Origin: an uncultured virus (IMG/VR IMGVR_UViG_3300034092_002263)
Taxonomy: Duplodnaviria; Heunggongvirae; Uroviricota; Caudoviricetes
Reading direction: 5' to 3' (one strand)
Virus record (IMG/VR): IMGVR_UViG_3300034092_002263
DNA length: 20,000 nt
Shown here piece after piece: positions 1 through 8,857 of this stretch; within the stretch, counting starts at the first letter, position 1; every line of letters starts with the position of its first letter. Both the position numbers and the translations under genes were made by a program. A model generated the notes under the pieces. That model saw nothing but the letters and a program-made list of their open reading frames with translations. It made no database searches and had not been told where the DNA came from.

Positions 1-2988
1 ATCATTTATTGATGTGTTGTTTGAAAAACGTATGCTTCCTTTTACTCTTAAATCGCCATTAATTTGTGCATACGGCCTAGATGATGATGCAAAGTTCTCT
101 GTATTTGTTAGTGGCGCGTTATTATGATTTAATATTACAAGAGAGTTTTCTTGGTCATTGCTTCCACTAAACTTAATAGAAAATGAAGATCCACCATTCT
201 GTGACGCATTATCTTTTACTAGTAAGTAATTAGTATATAGATTAGTATATTTTGTTGCTGTTTCTTTAAGTCTTAAATATCCATTAACATTTAGATGTTT
301 ATTAGATACTAAGCTGCCTTCTAGCAATGGAGTTGTATCATATCCCAATAAGAACGTTTCAGAATATGTTCCAGTTTGTGCTAAATTACTACCTATAAAA
401 ATATTTTTTGATTGAGTTGTTACAGCTAGCCCATTATTAGAACCGACAAAGACATTTGTTGATCCTGTAGTTACATTTTTACCAGCACGATAGCCAATAG
501 ATGTATTATCGTCACCGGTTGTTAACTTCGATAATCCTTCATATCCTATAGATGTATTTCTAACTGTAGAACTTGTTAAGTTTGTTCTTAATTCTGGAGA
601 TCTAATGCCACCAAATGTATTACCTAGATCATCAAGACTTAAAGGCTTATCAACTATAGAACCGTCTGCGCTAGATGCTGTTAGGTCAACTGTAAATAAA
701 TTACCGCTACTATCTAAAAATGATAATGTTGAAGACTGTAACTCATTGTCTTCTAAATGTCTTACAAATAAATATCCATATCCAGATACCGCAACTGGAA
801 CACCGCTAGATTCATGAAATGCTATATTAGCTTCTGTATTATCTTCACTACCTATCGACATCATTGCGTTGATTGTGTTCTTATTCAATATGTGTATAGT
901 GCCATCGTCATCATTAATCGTCAATGAATCGCTAGTAACACCATCGTTGTATGTTGTAACATACATAGACCCACTATTCTTAATGTATTCAAATGATATT
1001 CCATAATGTAAGCAATTTTCCGCTCCTAACAATTGTATTCCAGCTTTACTATCATTATTATTTTCTGCTGTTATTCTAGCGATGGCGTTTCCAGTGCTTC
1101 TAATATTGAATATTGTATCTGGAAGCATTGACTCAGCATAATTAAAGTTACTTATACCAACATAACCCTCTGTCTCGTCTTGCATAAGAGTAAAGCATCT
1201 TTTTGCAAATGAGGTATTATTGTATGATGAAATTATATATCTGTGTGGCCTTTGCCCAACTTGCTCGTTAAAGAAGTTTGGTGGTTCTAAAAACGAATTA
1301 GCAATATATCCAGTTTTAAATCCTGTTACAATCTCAGATCCAAGATTATCTAAGTTGTAATTACTAGTATTAGTCAAAAACTTAGTAAATAAGTTAACTC
1401 CAGAATGTGGAGATTGTATAGATATTTCATATGGATTCAACTGACCGCTAGCGCATACAAAGTTTATATCGCCAATACCAACTAAAGTGTTTGGTGTATC
1501 TATATCATTTTCTTGTGCCAAATAAACAGTACCACTATTAATAAATAATCCTAATCCATCTTCATAAGTAACTAATGCTATTTTTTCTTTATTTATTACT
1601 CTATCTGTTTTAACATGCCTACCCTCTTCAGTTTGAATACTAATATTACTAAACCAAGAATTTCTACTATACTCATCATCAACAGATAAATTATCCCACG
1701 AAGAATCGCTAGATCTAAATGTAAATTCGTAATTTCTCAAATAATCTAAACCGCTGGCACCTATTTCAAATCCAGCGCCGTTCAATTCTTCGTCTAATAA
1801 ATATGGTTGTGGTTCTTTATACGACCCGCTTGCTACAAAATGATCATATAGAGATGTTGCCCCACCGCCGTCTATAACTGTAATATCTCCAGTAGACGCC
1901 AAGAATAATGTTTTATGTCTATAGTGTTCATGTTCTTGGGCTTGATATTTTTTAAAGTGTCCAACTCCGTCACAATACAAATTGTAAGTATATGCATTAA
2001 GCCATCTATCTCTAGTATCTCCAAGATTAAATACAACATCTGTCTTTGGCAATACATGTCCACTTGCTAAAATTCTTCCAATTGTATTTACCGGTCCAGT
2101 TGTCACTGCACCTTTTAGCGTCGAAACTCCGCTAACAACAAAATTATCAACTACATTCAAGCTTCCGTCAATATCTAATGTATTACTAAGAAAAAATCTA
2201 TTTGAGTTATAAACAAAGTTATTTGCTTCTGGAAATACTATAGACGAATAAAGATATAAGTTATTAAAACGAAAATTATTTGATCCAAGATTATAACTAT
2301 TGGTTACGTGTGGTATTGTATGACCACCTATTTGTAGCGTGGCACCTTCGTGTAGATCACGAATACCTATACCTAATCTCAAGTTATTAGAAGATAAATC
2401 TCCTTTTAACAATGGTTTTAGTCCAGATCCTAGCGGATTGGCACAAATAAAAGATGAATCAACTGGATGTGCTGCTACGAAAAATTGATAATCTATATCT
2501 CTATCAACATAATAACCAGCACCATGACCTAGGGCGATGTTGAAATTGCCCTCTTTATTATTAGATAATGCAAAACTTCCTAATCCAATATTTCCAAAGC
2601 CATTAATAGTACTACTTAAAGAGTGAAAGCCTACACCAACGTTGTCTTCGCCATACATGTTACAGCTAAGAGCGTATGATCCAACCGCTGTGTTTTGTAT
2701 GGCATCTATCTGCGAAGATAAAGCAGAATATCCAACTCCAACATTATCAACACTTCTATATCCAACGGCGTTTCTTTTTGATAGTGTTTCTTTACCAACT
2801 CTTACCGTTCTTAAATCTTCAGTAGAAATATTAAGAGCGTTGATATCATTAAATTCTGTTAACAAGCTAACAGAATCAATTAAATCAAGTAGGTTTCTTC
2901 TGATATCCTGTGGGGATATTGCCCCCACAGAATTATCTAGAATATCTCTCTTAATATTATCTACTAATACATCTTTTGGTATGATCAT
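1..2988 (-). CDS. Large tail-fibre/adhesin-like virion protein, 3'-truncated by window edge (>996 aa)
   Basis: Absent from the ORF track, consistent with no stop codon in the window. ATG at 2988 gives MIIPKDVLVDNIKRDILDNSVGAISPQDIRRNLLDLIDS; the same frame reads ...NGDLRVKGSIRFSNNTSIND at position 1. Two blocks of ~14-aa N-x-x-(V/I)-G repeats (NVGVGYSALSS, NTAVGSYALSC, NVGVGFHSLSS, NIGLGSFALSN; and NTSIGYEGLSK, NTSIGYRAGKN, NVFVGSNNG), as in YadA-head-like beta-roll fibres. Confidence 0.75.
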   Translation of the reverse strand, partial: MIIPKDVLVDNIKRDILDNSVGAISPQDIRRNLLDLIDSVSLLTEFNDINALNISTEDLRTVRVGKETLSKRNAVGYRSVDNVGVGYSALSSQIDAIQNTAVGSYALSCNMYGEDNVGVGFHSLSSTINGFGNIGLGSFALSNNKEGNFNIALGHGAGYYVDRDIDYQFFVAAHPVDSSFICANPLGSGLKPLLKGDLSSNNLRLGIGIRDLHEGATLQIGGHTIPHVTNSYNLGSNNFRFNNLYLYSSIVFPEANNFVYNSNRFFLSNTLDIDGSLNVVDNFVVSGVSTLKGAVTTGPVNTIGRILASGHVLPKTDVVFNLGDTRDRWLNAYTYNLYCDGVGHFKKYQAQEHEHYRHKTLFLASTGDITVIDGGGATSLYDHFVASGSYKEPQPYLLDEELNGAGFEIGASGLDYLRNYEFTFRSSDSSWDNLSVDDEYSRNSWFSNISIQTEEGRHVKTDRVINKEKIALVTYEDGLGLFINSGTVYLAQENDIDTPNTLVGIGDINFVCASGQLNPYEISIQSPHSGVNLFTKFLTNTSNYNLDNLGSEIVTGFKTGYIANSFLEPPNFFNEQVGQRPHRYIISSYNNTSFAKRCFTLMQDETEGYVGISNFNYAESMLPDTIFNIRSTGNAIARITAENNNDSKAGIQLLGAENCLHYGISFEYIKNSGSMYVTTYNDGVTSDSLTINDDDGTIHILNKNTINAMMSIGSEDNTEANIAFHESSGVPVAVSGYGYLFVRHLEDNELQSSTLSFLDSSGNLFTVDLTASSADGSIVDKPLSLDDLGNTFGGIRSPELRTNLTSSTVRNTSIGYEGLSKLTTGDDNTSIGYRAGKNVTTGSTNVFVGSNNGLAVTTQSKNIFIGSNLAQTGTYSETFLLGYDTTPLLEGSLVSNKHLNVNGYLRLKETATKYTNLYTNYLLVKDNASQNGGSSFSIKFSGSNDQENSLVILNHNNAPLTNTENFASSSRPYAQINGDLRVKGSIRFSNNTSIND

Positions 2989-2992
2989 TTTA

Positions 2993-3691
2993 TTACTTTA
3001 AGCTGATTTCTAGTTGAGATGGAATAAATTGTACAACATCGCCTTCACCAATAGACTTTTCTACTTCTAGTGGGGCATACATTAATATATTGCCCTGACC
3101 ATAAGTAGAACTGTCCATTATTGCTACAGCTTTGATAGTACCCCAACCACCCTTACCAGCTTGTGGAAAAGTAATATTTGTGAGATTTTGAATGAATCCA
3201 TTGCCATCATATTTACGATAAATTATTTCATCTGGATCTGGATTTGTACTAGAACCGGCAGAACCAATATTAGCTGGTCTATAAAAAGTTATACCGGGAA
3301 ATTCTGTGAACGTATGTGTAACAGTACTTCCATTTCCAGAGTCTTGAGCTTTAGCTTCTGTTAGATATAATGGATAAACATATACACCAACATTGTTTAC
3401 TGTGGTATAAACGTAGTAGGCAGAATGTGGATCATTACCAACTTCTGACCATCTGGCATTTCCATTATCTGCTGGATTTCCCAAGCTAACTCTTTCATAT
3501 TGTGTATAAGTAGAAATATTTGCATTATTTGTTATGAACTGTGGAACTTCATCCATTGTAGATCCATTATCATTATCTTTTGGTACTGTATTTAATAACG
3601 CAATTGAAATGTTAGTTGGTTTTGTAAATGTCCCTGTGCGAAATAAAAAATTCAATATTTTGCCTTCAAGATAATCCGATATTGCAGACAT
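2993..3691 (-). CDS. Minor virion / tail-associated protein
   Basis: SDYLEGKILNFLFR...YERVSL...NITFPQA..GWGTIKAVAIMDSST.G.GNILMYAPL pattern typical of a widespread phage structural family; lies directly after the capsid gene. AGGAG at 3699-3703 favours ATG 3691 over 3697. Confidence 0.65.
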   Translation of the reverse strand: MSAISDYLEGKILNFLFRTGTFTKPTNISIALLNTVPKDNDNGSTMDEVPQFITNNANISTYTQYERVSLGNPADNGNARWSEVGNDPHSAYYVYTTVNNVGVYVYPLYLTEAKAQDSGNGSTVTHTFTEFPGITFYRPANIGSAGSSTNPDPDEIIYRKYDGNGFIQNLTNITFPQAGKGGWGTIKAVAIMDSSTYGQGNILMYAPLEVEKSIGEGDVVQFIPSQLEISLK

Positions 3692-3730
3692 ATTCATTCT
3701 CCTTTGTCCAAAAATAACAATCTATGAGTA

Positions 3731-3740
3731 TATACACAAA
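3731..3740 (-). promoter_or_regulatory. Putative late promoter box TTTGTGTATA
   Basis: Same motif upstream of four late genes (3731, 6766, 8860, 17039). Confidence 0.65.
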
Positions 3741-3770
3741 AAGCCACCCCCAAAATGCTTTGAGGGTGGC
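3738..3770 (-). terminator. Rho-independent terminator after major capsid gene
   Basis: Minus strand GCCACCCTCAAA-GCAT-TTTGGGGGTGGC-TTTTT: 12-bp stem with one G.U pair, 4-nt loop, U5 tail, 25 nt after the capsid stop codon. Confidence 0.85.
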
Positions 3771-3795
3771 CCTGTGATTGGAACTAGATACTTAC

Positions 3796-4803
3796 TCAGA
3801 ATGAGCCGAGAATAATTCTACGATTATCTAGTACACCAAAGCCAAGCTCTGCAAAACCATAGTAACCGGCTCGCTGCTGGCGATGAAGAGTTGGATCTTC
3901 AAAGACCTGTAGCTGCTCTTTAACTGGCATTACGAAGCTATCATTTGATGATTGATCAAGACCAACAACGAGTTCTAGATCGCTACCTTGAACGTTTCCA
4001 GAAAGCTCGTTTGTGAAGAAGTCTTGATATTCTTGACCTTCGCCAAGTTCATCAAGGTCATGAAGATTTACGCCGAAGATGCGAGTAAGAGGAGCGCCAC
4101 CTTCTGATGCTGTATAAATTTCACGACGAGTAACTTCGTCCACTTGATCAAGACCCCAATTGCGAACATCTTCTAGTGCTTCTGGAGAAACATAGAGATC
4201 AGTTAGACGACCACGACCAACTGAAGCGCTATTACCACCAGAATTACGACGCATAACTGTCTGCATAAGAGAAACGAGTCTCTTTGTGAAAAGACCAGCA
4301 GTAGCATCGCCGTCATAAACTAGGATGTTACGATCAACGCCAGCAGCGAGTAGTGTGTGCCAAGCGTCGTCATTCATCTTCTTTGTAAAACCAGCTTCCA
4401 TCACCTGCATTGCACGACCAACGATATCCCATCGGGCTTCGCGGGCATAGCGTAGAAGATAATCTACGGACGATGCAATACTATATGTTGGAATCATAAC
4501 GTAGTCGCCTTCGACTGAACGCTCTGGAATTCTACCATGACCGGGATTGGTGTAAGCAACATGCTCACCCTCAAGGCCGGGACTGATTAAATCGAGAGGA
4601 AATTCAGTTGTTGAACCAGCTTCCACGTTGATGGTTTCGAAGATATTACCAAGGATGTTACCAACGAGAACACCCTTACGTAAAGGTAGTTCAAGAGCCT
4701 TTGCGAATTCACGCTGTGCAGCTTGAGCTACATTGATATCGGCATCCCCTGACTTTCGTAGGAGAGCGATAAATTCATCACTCGGTCTATTATTAATTGG
4801 CAT
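3796..4803 (-). CDS. Major capsid protein (probably HK97 fold)
   Basis: ~335 aa; position after protease/scaffold and decoration genes; strong RBS (AGGAG 4812-4816, 8 nt from ATG 4803); followed by a terminator; LYVSPEALEDVR and RQQRAGYYGFAELGFGVLD segments are typical of capsid proteins. Confidence 0.85.
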   Translation of the reverse strand: MPINNRPSDEFIALLRKSGDADINVAQAAQREFAKALELPLRKGVLVGNILGNIFETINVEAGSTTEFPLDLISPGLEGEHVAYTNPGHGRIPERSVEGDYVMIPTYSIASSVDYLLRYAREARWDIVGRAMQVMEAGFTKKMNDDAWHTLLAAGVDRNILVYDGDATAGLFTKRLVSLMQTVMRRNSGGNSASVGRGRLTDLYVSPEALEDVRNWGLDQVDEVTRREIYTASEGGAPLTRIFGVNLHDLDELGEGQEYQDFFTNELSGNVQGSDLELVVGLDQSSNDSFVMPVKEQLQVFEDPTLHRQQRAGYYGFAELGFGVLDNRRIILGSF

Positions 4804-4830
4804 ATTCATTTCTCCTTTGTTATTTTATAG

Positions 4831-5277
4831 TCAGGGTAGGTTAACTTCTACTTTGGCATAACCGTCTTCGTCTTTTGTTGAGACGAATGCGCCGATTGGA
4901 TTACCACTAGCAACTGTACTAACGTTGCCAGCCGTTACAGTGCATCGATAAGCGGTAGCACCCGCCGATGGTGCGCCTGTAACATTATTTGTCACGACGT
5001 AACCCTTACGTAGAACGGTTACTTTGCCGCCCTTCTGAACTTCATCCTTGTGCTGATTAAGATGAGTTCTTGTTAGATCCTTGTTAACTACATCGTTAAG
5101 AAGAATGCCAACTGGAACACCAGTTGTAGCATACTTAACAAGGTTAACACCTTGATCCATAGCAGCGCCAGAACCAGCAGTATCATATACAACTACCCCA
5201 CCGCGAGTTGCGGTGCCAGCATTGTAAAAGAAGCTAATGTCTGTCTGAAGTTCATATCTATCTGATTTTAGAGCCAT
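4831..5277 (-). CDS. Head decoration / capsid cement-like protein
   Basis: 148 aa, rich in G/A/V/T, PVGILLNDVV and GKVTVLRKGYVVT motifs, located between scaffold and capsid genes; AAGGAG RBS. Confidence 0.65.
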   Translation of the reverse strand: MALKSDRYELQTDISFFYNAGTATRGGVVVYDTAGSGAAMDQGVNLVKYATTGVPVGILLNDVVNKDLTRTHLNQHKDEVQKGGKVTVLRKGYVVTNNVTGAPSAGATAYRCTVTAGNVSTVASGNPIGAFVSTKDEDGYAKVEVNLP

Positions 5278-5294
5278 ATTTATTTCTCCTTATA

Positions 5295-6746
5295 TCACTT
5301 ACGAAGTACGTTGTTTTCAAGCCACTCTGCTACACTAGCTCTTGTGGCTAATAGTTCGTCTACATCATCAGAAGCATCGACTAGAGTGGCTTCAGTTGTT
5401 GAAACGCCTTCTAAAAGTTCTGCAACTTTTTCTTCAGCGACAGTTTCTTCTTCTGAAGTTTGTTCTGCCTTTGGCTTTTCTTCTTTCTTCATCATCTTCT
5501 CTTTGTCTTCTGACCACTTAGCCATTTTCTTTTTCATGGCTGTGATAACTGCGTCAAAAGTTTCGTCATCGAGAGAATCATAAGTAGCTAGTGATTCTTC
5601 TACTTCAGAATCATCAAAGCCAGCATCTAAAAGACTAGCCTTTCTCATAGCCATCTTTTCCTTTTTCTTCATCATGTACATTTCTTGATCCTTCTTCTTC
5701 ATTTCTTCATCCTTCATAGCAAGTGTTGCTTGAAGTTCAGAAACTGTAGCTTCTAATGTACTAATTGAAGTGTTTAAAGTTGTTATAGCTTGATCTTTTT
5801 CAGCCACTGTTGCCTCTAGCTTCGAAATAGAATCACTTTGCTCTTTCGATGTGAGTTCTTCTATTTGTGCGCGAAGAGTCTTATTTTCTTCTTTAGTAGA
5901 TGCTAGCTCACTACGCATGTCAGCAAGCTGCTTCTCTAAAAGATTTGAATCTGACATAATATCATCTCCTATTTGAAAATTAGTAATATCACTAACGTTT
6001 TTTTCAGTCGAGAAAGCCCTGCTTGCATCGAGAATAATACTTCTTGGATTAGCCGGTTTGGAAACCAAACCTTTTCCAGAAAATGAAATTTCTCTTAAAG
6101 ATCTACCAATTTTATAGCCTTCATACTCTCCTGTGCCGCCATATGCTCTTAGGTGTTTTGTTAAAAATGCAGAACCTTCGTTTCTCTCTAATAACTTAGA
6201 ATTGCCACTATTATCTATTAACGCATAATCAAAACCAGAAAATAAACATTCCATTGAGACAAACCACTTTCCTTCTTCTATTTCAGAAATGATTTTTTCC
6301 ATTCTGTCTCTGTTTTCTGGATTAGTCCAACTGTTATATATAACAGCCTCTGTGATTATATCAAACTCATTTGGTTTAACATCATCAGAAATTGGATTGC
6401 CGTTTTTGTCTACTACATAACTCCCGGTGATATGCCCTATGATATCATTTTCGTTGTGCATAAAATTAAATTGTTTGTCTTCTGGAGTATTTCTTGCCGC
6501 CCAAGTTTCTTCAGAAGAAAACACATCGTCATTTTTGTTCCATCCGGTTGATACTAATATTGATTTAATGTAGTATAAGTCTATTTGTTTTGGATTAGCA
6601 CTTTCTGCTTTAATCTTTTCTATGGCTAACGAAGAATTTAAATGACTATTTTCACATAATACTGCTGGCATACAATAAGCTATACTGGCTCTTGCTTGTA
6701 CAAGATCAGCTATGCCATCACGTATTTCTTGTTTAAATATTTTCAT
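5295..6746 (-). CDS. Prohead maturation protease fused to coiled-coil scaffold domain
   Basis: N-terminal half has FNFMHNENDIIGH, VSMEC and GLVSKPANPRS, resembling phage prohead (assemblin-like) protease motifs; C-terminal half is an acidic heptad-rich coiled coil; lies between portal and capsid. Confidence 0.75.
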   Translation of the reverse strand: MKIFKQEIRDGIADLVQARASIAYCMPAVLCENSHLNSSLAIEKIKAESANPKQIDLYYIKSILVSTGWNKNDDVFSSEETWAARNTPEDKQFNFMHNENDIIGHITGSYVVDKNGNPISDDVKPNEFDIITEAVIYNSWTNPENRDRMEKIISEIEEGKWFVSMECLFSGFDYALIDNSGNSKLLERNEGSAFLTKHLRAYGGTGEYEGYKIGRSLREISFSGKGLVSKPANPRSIILDASRAFSTEKNVSDITNFQIGDDIMSDSNLLEKQLADMRSELASTKEENKTLRAQIEELTSKEQSDSISKLEATVAEKDQAITTLNTSISTLEATVSELQATLAMKDEEMKKKDQEMYMMKKKEKMAMRKASLLDAGFDDSEVEESLATYDSLDDETFDAVITAMKKKMAKWSEDKEKMMKKEEKPKAEQTSEEETVAEEKVAELLEGVSTTEATLVDASDDVDELLATRASVAEWLENNVLRK

Positions 6747-6765
6747 TTGTGCCTCTCTTCAACAT

Positions 6766-6776
6766 TATACACAAAA
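6766..6776 (-). promoter_or_regulatory. Putative late promoter box TTTTGTGTATA(AT)
   Basis: Intergenic, ends about 20 nt before ATG 6746; same offset as the copy at 17039. Confidence 0.7.
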
Positions 6777-6794
6777 TAGCAAAAAAGTTATGTA

Positions 6795-8816
6795 TTATCC
6801 AATTTTTGACTCTATGTAGGCACCTATGACATATTTCCTAAAAGAATCTACATCCATTTCATTGACATCAATGTTGTTTTCTTTTAATTTCAACATTATT
6901 TCTTTTGGTGCTTTAACATTAGCTTTTAATAGAGAAATAATAGTACTATTTTCTACGTTGTCATAAGCTTCTAAGTTGCTAAATATATCTAACTTCATCA
7001 TTTCTAATTCTTGAAATTCTGCTTTAGTTAATTGCCTTAAATTCTTTTTTTGCTTAGTACCTAAATAAGCTTTAGTTATTAATTCAGAAACTTGATTCCA
7101 AGTTTTATCTGACCAAACTAAAATTTCAGCAACTCCGGGTTTTGACCTAGGTTGTTCAACCCTTTGTTTTCTAACCGTTTCATCTTGCTTTAGTGGAGGT
7201 CTTCCGTTTGGCTTAACTTCTGGTGGCTGACTTGTATTTTCCTTTTGTTTTTGCATTTTCATATTAAATTGATTTTGCTTGTCTATTTTCTCAAGATCGT
7301 TTTTATGATTTGCGTTATGAAATGGGCTAGCCTTTGGTGGCCCAGCGGTTTCTCTTTTTTCTAACTCTCTTTTTAGTCTAATATTCTCTATTTGTGGTAT
7401 CTCCTTAAATCTTTCTAGCAATGTCTCATGACTAATTATATCACGATCTGCCAGTTGAATTAATAGATTCTTTTGTGCAGCTTCATCAGATAACGTCATT
7501 TGATCAAATAATATGTGGGCTTTATGTCTAAATCCCATAGCCTGTCTAACTATCTCAACTTCTTTTTCCCAAAATCGGACTAGTTGATCTCTACCATATT
7601 GTAGTCTTTCAAGTAATGTTTTTAGAGAAATGAAGTTATTAGTAAAACCGCCACCATTATTAGCCATACCCGTTAGTGTTGGTGGAACGCCTAATCCAGC
7701 ATATATACTGTTAAGAACAGATGTATATTTTTCAGAACCTAAGAACTTATATACTTCACTGTTAGATTCTTTAAATTGTAATTCTGGACCCCAAACCAAC
7801 TCCATTGTGCCTCCACCAACATTGCTAGCTAAAATATCTCTTAATTTATTAATAGCAGCCTTATTTGGTAAAATCTTATGTTCTAAATTGCCAAGTGTCC
7901 ACAATCTAATATTTGATATAGCTCCATCTAATGCCGACAAGTCTGCCAATCTCATTTTTTCAAGCATTACTATATCGTCTAGAATGGCATAAATCATTGG
8001 GTTAGCCCACTGTTTCCAATCATCTTTCTTATAATAGAAAACGCTTAATCTTTCGGGATCTAGCGGAATATCTTTTTCTCCACGTAATAAACTCTGTTTT
8101 ATTGATGGTGGTAGTGTTTCTAAAACGTGATTTGGAATATCTCCAGCTTGAAATTTATCAAAAAAAGAATTGGTTGTAATAGTAAAGTTATTCAATCCCA
8201 TAAATAGTGACAAATTACCATCTTTAGATTTAACCGTAAGAGGATTGAAGAAATTATATCTCCAAGGTATTTCGTTAGATTTAGCATTTGGAACCTCAAC
8301 TCTGATGTCACTAGCCAAAGATTTCATATAAGTATTTAGTTGTGGTGTAATTTTGGCATAACTTCTGTATATAATCACATTGCCACATCTATAGAGATTA
8401 TTTAAAAATCTCTCTGATCTTTCTTTGCCATTAACATTTCTAAACCACTGTTGATAGAATTTCTCAACACTTTTATCTCTATGAACAATTTGTATACCTT
8501 GACTGCCAAAATCGCCCATTAGATCAATTATATTCCGAATAATTCCAACCTTATCATATGCATCCATGCACATTTTAATGATTTTTCTCTGTTGGCTTGG
8601 TACTGCCTCATCTGGCCTAAATGCGTAGTAATCTCTAGATGTAAATCCGGGTTTAACAGACCTATTTGGCTCAATATCTATAAAATGTCGATAATGATTT
8701 CCTTGAGTTTTATTTAATGAGGCATACGAGTCAACATTATCTGACAATTGTGACATAGCATTAGTTTTGCTGCTAAAATCTTCATCTCTCCATGTTATCA
8801 TTTCTTCATTATTCAT
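6795..8816 (-). CDS. Portal protein
   Basis: 673 aa between terminase and prohead protease; IIRNIIDLMGDF and IYAGLGVPPTL portal-like segments; low-complexity tail with GRPP. Confidence 0.78.
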   Translation of the reverse strand: MNNEEMITWRDEDFSSKTNAMSQLSDNVDSYASLNKTQGNHYRHFIDIEPNRSVKPGFTSRDYYAFRPDEAVPSQQRKIIKMCMDAYDKVGIIRNIIDLMGDFGSQGIQIVHRDKSVEKFYQQWFRNVNGKERSERFLNNLYRCGNVIIYRSYAKITPQLNTYMKSLASDIRVEVPNAKSNEIPWRYNFFNPLTVKSKDGNLSLFMGLNNFTITTNSFFDKFQAGDIPNHVLETLPPSIKQSLLRGEKDIPLDPERLSVFYYKKDDWKQWANPMIYAILDDIVMLEKMRLADLSALDGAISNIRLWTLGNLEHKILPNKAAINKLRDILASNVGGGTMELVWGPELQFKESNSEVYKFLGSEKYTSVLNSIYAGLGVPPTLTGMANNGGGFTNNFISLKTLLERLQYGRDQLVRFWEKEVEIVRQAMGFRHKAHILFDQMTLSDEAAQKNLLIQLADRDIISHETLLERFKEIPQIENIRLKRELEKRETAGPPKASPFHNANHKNDLEKIDKQNQFNMKMQKQKENTSQPPEVKPNGRPPLKQDETVRKQRVEQPRSKPGVAEILVWSDKTWNQVSELITKAYLGTKQKKNLRQLTKAEFQELEMMKLDIFSNLEAYDNVENSTIISLLKANVKAPKEIMLKLKENNIDVNEMDVDSFRKYVIGAYIESKIG

Positions 8817-8857
8817 GTTAAACCTTTTAATTGGATTGACAATGTGATTGATATAGA

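Noticed and set aside
3381..3388. TATACACC near-match to the late promoter box
   Set aside because: Inside a coding region, far from any start codon, and a mismatch to TGTGTATA.
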